Of a stretch of DNA of 64,000 nt, positions 13,563-26,387 are shown piece by piece; the stretch's first letter is position 1, and each line of letters starts with the position of its first letter. A model generated the notes under the pieces. It saw only the letters and a list, made by a program, of their open reading frames with translations, had not been told where the DNA came from and searched no databases. Made by a program: the position numbers and the translations under genes. The DNA is from Eledone cirrhosa (lineage: Eukaryota). The stretch is from contig OZ024740.1 in NCBI GenBank assembly GCA_964016885.1, forward strand, positions 193,812,001-193,876,000. Reading direction: 5' to 3'.

Positions 13563-13700
13563 TAGTAGAGTGGGTAATAGAAAAAGAGTCAGGACCCCGA
13601 CGGCTGAGCTCCAGCCTTTTCGACAGCTAGGTCTGAACGCGTTCAGATCTAGCTGTCTAACGGCCAGACCTCAGCTGTCGGGGTCTTGACACTTTTCCTA
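13563..13700. repeat. Fold-back element with spacer-less centre GAACGCGTTC
   Basis: Arms GTCAGGACCCCGACGGCTGAG..CGACAGCTAGGTCTGAAC / GTTCAGATCTAGCTGTC..CTCAGCTGTCGGGGTCTTGAC. The left arm has an extra tail TAGTAGAGTGGGTAATAG shared with 62041-62058. Confidence 0.8.
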
Positions 13701-13864
13701 TATATATATGAGAAAATGAAGGTTTTTTTTTATATTAAAAAAAACAGATTGTCTTACACTAGTGAAAATATAAGGAAAAGTAATCGAAAATGAAACTGGA
13801 GTCGTTTTAAGAATATTTATTTTGTTTCCTTTACCGGTTTCATAATCTTCATACCTTTCAAAAG

Positions 13865-14730
13865 TAGAATTGAGATAAAGGGTTTGTGGTTATTCTGGCA
13901 TCCGGCTGGTGTTCAAATTGTTCTCTTTTTAGCTGTTGGTTGATGATTGTCACGTGAATAAGTACATCAAATTTCGCGCCAGTTCGTGTTTGAGGGTTCT
14001 TTACTGCCATTTTCACAGTCACATGATTTGTCATACAGAGTTTTGTGCAAAAGAAAAAGGTAAAGGTTAAGAAATGGGAGGGGGAGAAATCTTCTGATTC
14101 AGTGAGTATGTCTGATGTGCTGAGATGTCAAAATTCAGACTTTCTTTTGAAATAAATTGAATGTTTGTGTCGATAGTGTGTGAGGTAAGAATAAAAAACA
14201 AAAATATATTTTCGTTATGAGTGTGTATGTGTTTGTGTCTGTCTCTGTGTGTGTAAGGGGAGGTGAGTATAGTTAACATATTATTAACGTGTATATGTTA
14301 ACACCTTAACATGCTAACTATAACCCCCCCCCCCCCCTACACACACAGACACAAACACACACACATACACACTCATAAAAAATATATTTCTATTTTTTAT
14401 TCTTACCTCACACACTATCGACACAAACATTCAATTAATTTCAATAGAAAGTCTGAATTTTGACATCTCAGCACATCAGACACACTCACTGAATCAAAAG
14501 ATTTCTCCCCCTCCCATTTCTTGACGTTTATCTTTTTTTTTGGCACAAAATTCTGTATGACAAATCATGTGACTGTGAAAATGGCAGTAAAGAACTCTCA
14601 AACACAAACTGGCGCGAAATTTGATGTACTTATTCACGTGACAATCATCAACCAACCAAATTACACTTTAAATATAAACAATTTCAACACCAGCCGGATG
14701 CCAGAAAAACGACAAACCCTTCATCTCAAT

Positions 14731-14734
<4 letters not shown>
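13865..14734. repeat. Inverted repeat with ~410-bp arms, bounded by TA tracts
   Basis: 13865-14278 is the reverse complement of ~14310-14734 (e.g. CACGTGAATAAGTACATCAAATTTCGCGCCAGTT / AACTGGCGCGAAATTTGATGTACTTATTCACGTG). The left arm has an unpaired tail at 13710-13864. Confidence 0.9.
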
Positions 14735-14769
<35 letters not shown>

Positions 14770-14933
14770 AATTAGTATATCTACCAACATATGTATACAG
14801 ATGCATACATATGCTAGCAATTATATATGTTTTGTCTTAGTAACTTTGTGGTTCTATGCAAGGGGATGCAGAACAATTATATAAAAGACGTAAATAAGAA
14901 AGTTATGAAAATTGACTTACTTACTAAAATTTC

Positions 14934-15014
14934 ACTCCAACTAATTAGTTTCTGTAAGGGGATAAATATGGTTACGGAGCGTATCCACAGAGAAACCTTA
15001 CGTCATCAAGGAGT
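14934..15014 (-). ncRNA. HHR, array unit L1 (core TTGATGA, C3U)
   Basis: Minus strand reads ACTCC-TTGATGA-C-GTAAGG..CCTTAC-A-GAAAC-TAATTA-GT-T-GGAGT. Confidence 0.7.
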
Positions 15015-15457
15015 GTATTCTCAGCTAAGCTTCCAGGCAATGCGAGGACACTGGGAAGTTATATAAAAATAATTCAGTGGATGGAAAAAAGCGAGCGGGG
15101 ACTAGATTCCAAGACATTTAAAATTCACTGCCTACTTGGTCAAGTTGCAAATTCAAAAGAATCACTCACGTGACACTGAGGTTAATCAGTGCGGAGTGGG
15201 GTGCTATTAAGACAGGGCCTAGCCACTACTATTAATCATAGTAGTAATTTCGGCAAGTTTTGCTCAACAAATAATTTGGAGATTATTATAAAGAATTAGT
15301 ATATCTACCAACATATGCATACAGATGCATACCTATGCTAGCAAATATATATGTTTTGTCTTAGTAACTTTGTGGTTCTATGCAAGGGGATGCAGAACAA
15401 TTATATGAAAGACGTAAATAAGAAAGTTATGAACATTGACTTACTTACTAAAATTTC

Positions 15458-15538
15458 ACTCCAACTAATTAGTTTCTATAAGGGGATAAATATGGTTACG
15501 GAGCGTATCCACAGAGAAACCTTACGTCATCAGGGATT
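15458..15538 (-). ncRNA. HHR, array unit L2
   Basis: CTGATGA core and GAAAC-TAATTA-GTT intact; minor stem changes. Confidence 0.75.
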
Positions 15539-15982
15539 CTATTCTCAGCTAAGCTTCCAGGCAATGCGAGGACACTGGGAACTTATATAAAAATAATTCA
15601 GTGGATGGAAAGAAGCGAGAGGGGACTAGATTCCAAGACATTGAAAAATTCACTGCCTACTAGGTTAAGTGGCAAATTTAAAAGAATCAATCACGTGACA
15701 CTGAGGTTAATCAGTGAGGAGTGGGGTGCTATTAAGACAGGGCCTAGCCAATACTATTAATCATAGTAGTAATTTCGGCAAGTTTTGATCACAAAATAAT
15801 TTGGAGATAATTATAAAGAATTAGTATATCTACCAATATATGTATACAGATGCATACCTATGCTAGCAAATATATATGAGTTGTCTTAGTAACATTTTGG
15901 TTCTATGCAAGGGGATGCAGAACAATTATATGAAAGACGTAAATAAGAAAGTTATGAAAATTGACTTACTTACTAAAATCTC

Positions 15983-16064
15983 ACTCCTAACTAATTAGTT
16001 TCTGTATGGTGATAAATATGGTTACGTAGCGTATCCACAGAGAAACCTTACGTCATCAGGGAGT
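15983..16064 (-). ncRNA. HHR, array unit L3
   Basis: Core intact; one extra nucleotide at the cleavage site and a stem II mismatch. Confidence 0.65.
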
Positions 16065-16374
16065 CTATTCTCAGCTAAGCTTCCAGGCAATGCGAGGACA
16101 CTGGGAACTTATATAAAAATAATTCAGTGGATGAAAAAAAGCGAGCGTGTACTAGATTCCAAGACATTGAAAAATTCACTGCCTACTTGGTCAAGTGGCA
16201 AATTCAAAAGAATCAGTCACGTGACACTGAGGTTAATCAGTGAGGAGTGGGGTGCAATCATAACTTTTTCAATGTCTTGGAATCTAGTCCCCACTCTCTT
16301 TTTTCCATCCACTGAATTATTTTTATATAAGTTCCCAGTATCTTCACATTGCCTCGCAGCTTAGCTGAGAATAG

Positions 16375-16455
16375 ACTTCCTGATGACGTAAGGTTTCTCT
16401 GTGGATACGCTCCGTAACCATATTTATCCCCTTACAGAAACTAATTAGTTGGAGT
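16375..16455 (+). ncRNA. HHR, array unit R1
   Basis: ACTTC-CTGATGA-C-GTAAGG..CCTTAC-A-GAAAC-TAATTA-GT-T-GGAGT; stem I pairs with one G-U. Confidence 0.82.
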
Positions 16456-16899
16456 GAAATTTTAGTAAGTATGTCAATTTTCATAACTTTCTTGTTTACG
16501 TCTTTCATATAATTGTTCTGCATCCCCTTGCATAGAACCAAAAAGTTACTAAGACAAAACATATATATTTGCTAGCATAGATATGCATCTGTATACATAT
16601 GTTGGTAGATATACTAATTCTTTATAATTATCTCCAAATTATTTGTTGAGCAAAACTTGCCGAAATTACTAATATGATTAATAGTAGTGGCTAGGCCCTG
16701 TCTTAATAGCACCCCACTCCTCACCGATTAACCTCAGTGTCACGTGACTGATTCTTTTGAATTTCCCACTTGACCAAGTAGGCAGTGAATTGTTCAATGT
16801 CTTGGAATCTACTCCCCGCTCCATTTTTTCCATCCACTGAATTATTTTTATATAAGTTCCCAGTGTCCTCGCATTGCCTGGAAGCTTAGCTTAGAATAG

Positions 16900-16980
16900 A
16901 CCCCCTGATGACGTAAGGTTTCTCTGTGGATACACTCCGTAACCATATTTATCCCCTTACAGAAACTAATTAGTTGGAGT
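16900..16980 (+). ncRNA. HHR, array unit R2
   Basis: ACCCC-CTGATGA-CGTAAGG..CCTTACA-GAAACTAATTAGTT-GGAGT. Confidence 0.78.
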
Positions 16981-17421
16981 GAAATTTTAGAAAGTAAGTC
17001 AATTTTCATAACTTTCTTATTTACGTCTTTCATATAATTGTTCTGCATCCCCTTGCATAGAACCAAAAAGTTACTAAGACAAAACGTATATATTTGCTAG
17101 CATAGGTATTAATCTGTACATATGTTGGTAGATATATTAATTCTTTATAATTATCTCCAAATTATTTGTTGTGCAAAACTTTCCGAAATTACTACTATGA
17201 TTAATAGTAGTGGCTAGGCCTTGTCTTATAGCACCCCACTCCTCACTGATTAACCTCAGTGTCACGTGACTGATTCTTTTGAATTTGCCACTTCACCAAG
17301 TAGGCAGTGAATTTTTCAATGTCTTGGAATCTAGTCCCCGCTCGCTTTTTTCCATCCACTGAATTATTTTTATATAAGTTCCCAGTGTCCTCGCATTGCC
17401 TGGAAGCTTAGCTGAGAATAG

Positions 17422-17502
17422 ACTCCCTAATGACGTAACGTTTCTCTGTGGATACGGTCCGTAACCATATTTATCCCCTTACAGAAACTAATTAGTTGGA
17501 GT
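17422..17502 (+). ncRNA. HHR, array unit R3, probably inactive (G5A)
   Basis: Core reads CTAATGA; the rest of the fold is largely retained. Confidence 0.6.
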
Positions 17503-17549
17503 GAAATTGTAGTAAGTATGTCAATTTTCTTAACTTTCTTATTTACGTC

Positions 17550-17648
<99 letters not shown>

Positions 17649-17832
17649 TATGTATACGTACATACATATATGTATACAGACATACAGTTATACATATAAG
17701 TATGTAGTATACATATTTATATTTAAGTAACAGCCGGACTAAGAGTGAGAAATGAAATTTCGTTTCATTTTTTCCGTTTACATATATATATATATATATA
17801 CATATATATACACACATATACATATATACATT

Positions 17833-18034
<202 letters not shown>

Positions 18035-18399
18035 CAGAGTGGGATATATATATAGAGAGAGAGAGAGAGAAAGCAACATGGCTTCTACAGGATAAGATCT
18101 GCTTCATTCGAAGTAAATTATCAGGGAAGCCGCTGATGATTTCCTGAAAATGAAACATTTCTAAACCTGTAGAAGCCATCTCTATATTAGATTTCTTGTA
18201 TACACTCTACTAATTGAGGTATTGAATACCTTACTTACTGTATTTACCCCCGATTGAAACCGGGACTCACATATATTTACATATGTATTTGTATATCTAT
18301 ATATACATAGATATGTGTGTAGACGTGTCTGTCTGTGCGTGTACCTATATTACATCGGTGATGATGTCATATAGGTACAGGAATTCGAGTTCGACAGAA

Positions 18400-19210
18400 A
18401 TATTTCTTCGATAATTCTTTTCATCGTCAAAGAGTTACTCAAACATAACTACTCCTCCATTTCCAGTGGAGGACGTATCCTTTTCAACATGCACTTTTCT
18501 GATGACATTTATTTTCTGTTGTGAAGCGGTGAAGCAGATACTCGATGTATGTCCCCGCAGATTGGAGAGTTTCTGGAGCATACGTACTGATGATCAGTCA
18601 CAAACCTCTTATCAAGTATATAGCAACACATTTCATATTCAAAGGAGGAAAACCTGAAGATGTTGATAATGTCAAGTATCTAAGTTCCTTTTTGACGCAT
18701 TTTGCCCACTCACTAAGGGAGATTGACACAAGATTCGGGTGGCTATTTCGCCATGACGAAGGTGAACGACATATGAAAAGACATTTTTATAAGTTTTTCG
18801 ATGTGGTTCAAATTGTACAAGTCTCTTGTGTATACAATCTAACTCTATGTGTGTGATCCCTGGCATATTTCAGCCGACATGAAATGAAGAGTCTACGCGT
18901 TCAACTAAACGTGCTTCAAAAAGATACTACCTGTGCCTTACACAAAACACAAGACAGATTCGCTAGGAGTATATCAACAACTACGTTGACTGGGGAAGAT
19001 CAAAATCTCACCATGTACAGTAACGTATACTGTAACTTCCCTGTCGCAAACTAATGTTCAAAACACTGTTGAAAGACAGCGAAGAAGAAGCAAACAAAGG
19101 CAACCATGGTCTAAAAGCACCAAATACTGGCCAGACCACAGCACTACCACTTTTTTCCGCATGACAGAGAATAGGAACATGTGACCAGTAGAAATGTCTA
19201 GAACAGTGAT
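18400..19210 (+). pseudogene. RTE-clade non-LTR retrotransposon relic (3' part of RT)
   Basis: Hand translation gives ISSGGRILFNMHFSDDI (cf. ISIGGR.I.NLRFADDI), EDVDNVKYLSSFLT..REIDTRFG (cf. EVVDQFKYLGS..EI..RI) and LYVCDPW..ADMK*RVYAF (cf. LYGCETW..RIQAFE). Confidence 0.75.
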
Positions 19211-19745
19211 TCTATTTACTGACTGCACTAAACAGGGGAAATTGTTGCTTACGAATGAACAATAACAAAGACAATTGTTTATAAGAAAAAATTATAGAGC
19301 TGTTTAGTTTTTCATAACATTATTCAGTTATTTCGCTGAAGAAAATGTTTATTTTCAGCAAAAATGAACATTATACATATATACGTAAATAAGACCGTTG
19401 CTGTTCCAATCAGACCAATAAGCACCGAGCAAACAGCCTTCTACTAAACCATCCCATGACCCAGCCTTCAAAGTCGTCCTATCGTATTATATTCAACTTT
19501 CATATTGACTTTCGAATATGAAAGTATTTAAGGAAAGGTATCATTGATAATTAAAATATTTACACTCTCAACTATAACTTAATATAGCTCAATAATTAAA
19601 CTTGATGACGGTAAATTGATGGGATTCCGTGTAGCTTTTACTGTCATTTCAACGTATATATATATTAAGAAGACAATTTCACATTTTTGCTGTTATTTTC
19701 AGCTCTTTGCTGCTATTTATATATTGCGGTGAAATATAAACAAGT

Positions 19746-19776
<31 letters not shown>

Positions 19777-20355
19777 TACACACACAGATGCACACACAGA
19801 TGCACACACAGATACACACAAATACATATACACACAGACAATTCTTATTTGTGAAATATATTCCGAATTTATTAAATCCTAACAGCAATTATATAATTGG
19901 TGTTAAGACTAAATAATTTCTTCCGTTACCAAATTTAGTGATATTTCGTTGCAATTTATATTTTTATTCGTCAATTTTATTAGCTTTTTTTCTGTACATA
20001 TTGATTAAGTTTGATATTAGTAATTCATTTGACTTTGAATATATTTTTCACTGTTAATGAAAGGTGACGTATTTTGTCTGCGTATAAAATCATTAACATT
20101 TAGCGATGTATTTACACCGCCGATAAAAAGAATCATAACACATTTGCCGGTGGCGTAGTTTGCCTAAGGGTAAATATAACAATGATGTATTGGTTCATGA
20201 GGATAATTAGTCACCTAACATTTCCTGCGATGTATTTAGCACGATGTGATTAACTGAGATACATTTAATGGACATTGTTCTGTACGAATGTAATGTTTAC
20301 TTGTTTGATGTTTGTAATTATTATTATTAATCCCGTAACAGCACTGATTAAAAAG

Positions 20356-20546
20356 CAGTCCTGTCAACTCTCCCCGTCGGAAGAGATCTCCCACCCACTT
20401 TGGGGTGCGTGAGAGATGTTTTCTTTGTGAAAATGAGTATAGCTTTTATTATGTAAAATCGACCCATTTTGCCTCATTTCTCCCCTTTGGAAGCACTTTT
20501 ATTCATGGTACTCCCCGTTTGGGTTTTTAGAGGTTGGCAGGTTATG
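20356..20546. mobile_element. Possible old MITE with imperfect TIRs
   Basis: CAGTCCTGTCAACTCTC ... GAGGTTGGCAGGTTATG; no TSD seen. Confidence 0.3.
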
Positions 20547-20680
20547 AACAGGTCTGCGATCAACCGCATTCCATCCCTGAGCATTTCGTATTTTTAGTAG
20601 TATATAAATCTATCATGTTTGATGCTTATTAATGGGAGATTTGATAGGAAGTGACGCTTTTTCGTTATTTTCTGGATGTG

Positions 20681-20903
20681 AGGACGGTGGATTGGCAGTA
20701 TCGGTAGATGGTCGGACGCCATGCTTTGGAGCATAGAGTTATGGCCCTTTATGATCTGAGTTCAAATTCCACCGAGGTTAACTTTGCCTTTCATCCTTAT
20801 GGGGTCGATAAAATAAAGTACCAGTAACGTATTGGGGTCGATTTAATCGACTTTCCCCGCCCCCAAAATTGCTGGTTTTGTGGATATATAAGAAACCATT
20901 ATT
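20681..20903 (+). mobile_element. tRNA-derived SINE, full length
   Basis: GGACGGTGGATTGGCAGTATCGG..GAGTTCAAATTCC..TTTGCCTTTCATCCTTATGGGGTCGATAAAATAAAGTACCAGT..GGGGTCGATTTAATCGACTT..AGAAACCATTATT. Confidence 0.85.
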
Positions 20904-21379
20904 CTCTGGATGTAGTAAATGACAAAGAAATTAACGTAAATGTTTAGCCACATTACCGATAAGAATCCCGGTATTTGAAATTACAAAGGTTTCAAAGTCA
21001 CGATGAAGTATATAATGAAAATTGCATTTCATTTAATCGATATAATAGATATTATCAATTCCATTGCAAATTCAATATAAATAAAACGTCAGAAAAATAT
21101 ATTTTGGGAAAACAATTGAAACAATATCTTAATTTGCAATATTTAGAGTGAATGTATTTTATTGTTATTCCCTTTTTACTTTTTATAGCCTAAGCAAGTA
21201 AAACATCTAATTTTATATCACATGATTGAATATTTCTCAAGGGAAAAATTATTCATTACTATATTTTTACCTGAAATTCTCGAACGTAATTATTATTTAA
21301 TTTATTGGAGGAAATCATTTACTTCACCACTACTATTCCACTCTGTATTTGTGTTACAAATATTAGCTGTTGATATCGG

Positions 21380-21580
21380 TAGGTGGTTTAGGGTGGTTGA
21401 TAGACAGAGAGTTGGATAGCATGTCATTGAGGTATTTGTTTTGGCTCTTTGTATTCCGAGTTCAAATTCCACCATGGTTCACTTTGCCTCACTTCCTTTC
21501 GGGGTCGATAAAATAAGTCAGCAGTCAAGTACTGTGGTTAAGTGAATCAGCTTTGCTCTTTGTTCCTAATTTAAAATCGA
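21380..21580 (+). mobile_element. Degenerate SINE copy
   Basis: GAGTTCAAATTCC..ACTTTGCCT..TCCTTTCGGGGTCGATAAAATAAGTCAGCAGTCAAGTACTG. Confidence 0.65.
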
Positions 21581-21869
21581 TATTGGTAGCTGGTAATTAA
21601 TGTGCTATAGAATACTGATCAACAGAGATATAGTAGGAAAGTGTTTATCTTGAGGTGTATTGTTAGGCCATCCTCATCCTGGGTTTCGATCCTCCTTTCT
21701 CTCACCCATCATGTATTCGACACATTTAAACATAACTTCTCAAAAAAACCTTTTGTTTTGTTATATCATTATATTTTCAGTTGAACGCAATCAAAATACA
21801 CTTATAACAAATTATTATACCAGCAGTTACTGCGTTCTGTGTATATGGAGGATCAACAATTGATATTCT

Positions 21870-23350
21870 ATTCTTGTTAGGAGCTTTCATATCAAGAGAA
21901 GGCATATGAAATTTTAAACTTCGTTACCCTTTTAGTAGCAAATATGTGCGTCCCCTTGTCATCCATTCCGGTTTTGCTCCAAGACTTCATCTATCTATGT
22001 TGATATTACTTTATATATATTGCCAACGTTTTTCAGCTAGTACCTATTTACATGATCTTGGAAACATTCTCTCTATATTGACATCTTTTGCAACTGAGCT
22101 TGCACCATCTCTTTTGTTACTGCAATGTTTTCTTACTTATGTACACCTGTTACTTGTTTTCTGGGCTCATGCATCCACATTTCATTCCGAAAAGCAATCC
22201 TTTCTTCTGAATTTGGTCTTACAACATAGTTTCTTGTGATTTTTAAAATTTCTCAAACAATCATTTTTGGTTGATTTGGTAAAGTCTGTATGAATTGATT
22301 AATTCGTTCTCTTTTATTTTTTTAGTTTCCGAGTCTTTGATTTCATTCCTTGCTTCAACACTTTCATCATTGCATTAATTTCTTTATTTTTCACATGTTA
22401 TTCTCGTTCTAACGCTTCCTTTTTTCCCTTCGATCTGTAACCTTCCATATTTTCATTCACCCAGTTTTCTTAGACCTTTCCTCAAATTTGTAACACTATC
22501 CTGAATCCTTCTTATTCACCTGCTGCCTGGTAGTCCCTTTATGGTTTTGTCATTCCCAACAAATCAGATACTATATGTTCCCCCAGCAATTACTGGGTCG
22601 TTTCTATAATTAATATTTTCTATCTATGACTTCATTAACATGCTCCGTTTTCCCTATAGTTTTCTTTCTATCAGCAGTCCTCAGAGTAATTTCAAGTTCA
22701 TCTGGGTTTTCATGTTTCGTCATCATCATGTGCCACAATTGCATGGAACACCTACCTTATTACAGATGTTATATTCATGTTTTATTCGCTCGTTATCAAC
22801 TCTTAATTTCTTCAGCCACTCTCATTCTTTTCATCCCTTGGGAATATTTTGTTAATTTGATATTGGTCCATCTTTTTATACCATAATTTGGGTTTCTTTA
22901 GTGTGGAGTCTCTGTTTAAGTTCTTCCAGAACTACATTTATGCGCTTATTTTAATCCTGTATTCGTGTTCAAGTTCCTGGTATTTCTCCTTAGGTCTAAG
23001 TTCGCCTAATTTCTTTGTTGTCAAGGATGCTGGTATCTTTCTTTATTTCTTTATCGGCCTCCTCTTTTTCGTTCATTAACTACGTAGACTTGTTTCAACA
23101 TTTTTAGACCCATTTACATTCTTTCCCAGTTCGTTACCCAATAGTTCTACAATATCGTGAATTATACGATTATTCTCATCACTTAATATTTTCCTATTTC
23201 TATTTGACAATATGTCGCAAATATTATCTTGTTTATTATCACGCAATTGGATTTCTTTAGGATTTACAAATTCAACCTTAACATCCTCCACCACATCCCC
23301 TCCTTCATTTGTCCTTCTCTCTTCGTCAATCACCCTATTTTAGCTCTGCT
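21870..23350 (-). pseudogene. R4/Dong-clade non-LTR retrotransposon relic (N-terminal region to start of RT)
   Basis: Minus-strand hand translation gives PEWMTRGRTYLLLK (21930-21971; cf. PEWMTKGRTVLIQK), IRRIQDSVTNLRKGL and NVVLEELKQRL, with many stops. It abuts an (ACT)n tract. Confidence 0.68.
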
Positions 23351-23355
23351 AATTT

Positions 23356-23492
<137 letters not shown>

Positions 23493-25844
23493 TCATTGAT
23501 ACAATATCAGTAAATATGAAATGTAACCGCCAGTCAAAAATGTAAATTGGATAGTCCTATCAAAATTGCGCTTATAAAGAGGACCAACCACCATATTTCA
23601 ACAGTTGACACTGGATTTACACTTGGTTGATCTGGAAAGCAATATTAGGAAGAAAAAGCCGAACGGATGAAAATTTCACTGGGAACATTTGACGTTGAAA
23701 AATCAAATCGCCATCGATGCATATGGCGTAGGAAATACATGAATTGAATCAATTAATATTTTACATCTGTATTACACTGATCTAGGGACAAAAGTCTTAT
23801 CAGTAATGTTATTACATTTTCTCTGCTTATCTTTCACTGTATTTATGATTTGAAAGCATATATCTCTCGCATAAGATTTTATTTTAAAAGTACTTCCTGC
23901 TTTATTTGATATTTTGAAATAATCTTTGATTCCTTTTCACACTGATGATATGTAAAGATCGAATTACATACTAGTTATTCGGATTTTATTATATGTGTTA
24001 TTTTGTGAAAGCTATGTTGTGACACATTTTAAGAGGTTTCTTGAGATTTCAGTCATTCAAAAATGAAAAAAATCCTCCTTATACGGTATGAACGATATTT
24101 GTATGTATATATAATAGTTCTTCTCCGATAAGTGATATGTGGCTATGTACCTTGCACTTAGATAAATTCAACAAATGAATTTCATAGCACCTATGACTGA
24201 ACATTGAAATATTGTTATTCCATTGGCAGAGAGAACTACACAGCTTCAAATCGATTATCTTTCCTGGCGTAGCTTTATTCATTTTCGCAATGGCAAGTTC
24301 GAATCGCACTAATTTGGGGTTGATATTATCATCATATCGAAGAAGAAATAATTTAAGCTACTGGTATCAATAATATTTACATTTGCTGCTAAAGAAAAGG
24401 TGAAGTGTTGACGATATATGATAGTCAATGGCGGATATATGATCGATTAGTTCAGACCGTTTACTACAGTTGTGAGTGTATAAAAAAACTCTGACGTTCA
24501 CGTTCACTGCAAGTTTGTCAGTTGGTCCATCCAAATATTTTACTCAGATATATATATAAATGGAAAGGCAATGGTTAGAATATCAAAAGGAAACTAATGT
24601 GTATTGACATATGCAGTTAAAAACAATATTAGTTGAGGACGAATAGAAATATTTCATTGTCAACTATGCGAGATATTGTTTCGATGAAAAACATTATTTG
24701 TTATGAAGTAATATTGCTTATTTTTCTTTGGTTGAATATAAGTATATGTTTTAATATGCCTCAGTTCATTTTTTTTGTTTTTTTGTTTTGCAATTTTCTC
24801 ACACTTTGATATATTTCCTCATTCATATATAACTTCTTAATTATTGTGTGGGTGGTTTCCTAAGTAAATTTGACGTCAGTGCCAATTTGAGCCCAATATG
24901 AGTTGATATGTCTCTATAGCAACACTAGCGAAATCTTCGACAAGTTGTGTTGATTCTACATGTTCAAGGAAGAACCACCAGCTAAGAGAGAAAGAAGCAA
25001 GATTCTTTTGATGTTTACAAATAATAGATATCAGCTATGAAATTCTTATTTTCTCTAATATTTAAATATACTCTTTTCTTGGTAATATCCGATACAAAAA
25101 CTAGGTAAGTTGGTTCAGTATATTTCTCAGATATAGGTACAGAAATTATTTCAGAATACAGAGAGTTCAGAACCATCTACAACTACGCAGTCAATATAAA
25201 TTTATATATATATAGTTTAGACAACATTTATATTAAGTACATAGTATTTAGATTTTGCATTTGTTGCTAATTCTTAATAATTTTCGTATTTATGTTTGTA
25301 TTTTTAAATATGATACATAATATTTTAAAGTACATACCGAAGGTTCTGCCAATTTTTGGAATCAGTTGAGATAAAATTAAATAGGACTCAAAACAGTGTA
25401 CATATTTTTCACTGATTTATTTATATATTCAAGAATAGCAACCTTTAATTTGGCAAGTTATATTAATGAAGAAATTAAGAATAAAGTGACAAAACAATTT
25501 GTTTATTTCAGGAAAAGATAAAAAAAGCAACAAAGAAATATAAACCTAAAACCAATAATGATGTCTGGTTATTTATATATAGAAAAGTAAACAGTCTGAA
25601 AGGAAAATATTAAGACTATACATAACCTCATTATTTCATAATGATGGCTCATATAACAATTCATTCTGTTAAAATAATTTGTGTGTGAACTAAAATAGAA
25701 TACTGAGAAAAATATCTCTATCGTAAAAAAAGTAATGAAATTATATACTATGATAACTCTTCTTAATGGTTTGGCTGCATAGTTGTCAATAAGACATTGG
25801 ACATATAGATGAATTGTAGGGGTTTTTTTTTCATATCCAGTTTC

Positions 25845-26010
25845 GACGAAGAGTGATGAAGTTGTCCGATCAACGGAACACCCTGCTATTGAAGTGAACG
25901 CATAAGTGATTTAGCATTCCATAGACAAGTGTACCCTAAACGTATCCTCGGGGGAGATTCAACTTGACACATTGTGTAACAATCCTGGCATTTTCAATTA
26001 CATGCACAAT
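25845..26010 (-). mobile_element. Degenerate SINE-like fragment
   Basis: GATCAACGGAACACCCTGCT..GAAGTGAACGCATAAGTG..AGCATTCCATAGACAAGTGTACCCTAAACGT..GGGGAGATTCA resembles a common cephalopod interspersed repeat (recalled, not computed). Confidence 0.4.
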
Positions 26011-26265
26011 CGATCTGATTGTTTTCGAAAAGTGTCATCTCGCCAATTTCGCCCTGAAGTTTTTAATCAGACGAAAACTATGATAAACAAAACTTGCCTA
26101 AAACGCCACGCACTAGGATACTCTATGTAATATGTTTCCAACTGATAGGTATCTATGAATCTCGGAACGATTTCTTCTTTCTGAAATAATATAAGCAGAT
26201 GAATAATAAATCTAAACATTCCACGATTTGAGATTAATCTAACACAATTAACGTTTGTAATTTAT

Positions 26266-26277
26266 TTCTTCTTCTTT

Positions 26278-26324
<47 letters not shown>

Positions 26325-26333
26325 TTCTTCTTC

Positions 26334-26365
<32 letters not shown>

Positions 26366-26387
26366 CTTCTTCTTCTTCTTCTTCTTC
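26266..26387. repeat. (CTT)n microsatellite
   Basis: Direct reading. Confidence 0.97.

Larger units (their letters stand above)
14764..17554. repeat. ~524-bp HHR-containing tandem repeat in two oppositely oriented arrays
   Basis: Unit start ATAAAGAATTAG occurs at 14764, 15288 and 15813. Orientation flips at ~16256-16263. About 2.5 reversed units follow to 17554, with (TA)n at both ends. Confidence 0.95.

Noticed and set aside
16640-16700. Second HHR-like string in the unit (TTGTTGA-GCAA..TTGC-CGAAA-hairpin)
   Set aside because: The core deviates and there is no stem I complementarity.
14827-17066. Repeated 72-79 aa ORFs (MFCLSNF...) in the 524-bp units
   Set aside because: They are antisense to the HHR, broken in some units and have no known motif; recurrence simply reflects the repeat.
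14764-17554. CRISPR-like or prokaryotic array interpretation
   Set aside because: Whole units repeat without unique spacers, the context is eukaryotic and there are no cas genes.
24900-25560. Splice-like motifs (TAG|GTAAGT, TTTCAG|) suggesting small host exons
   Set aside because: No coherent reading frame or homology can be shown without RNA-seq.
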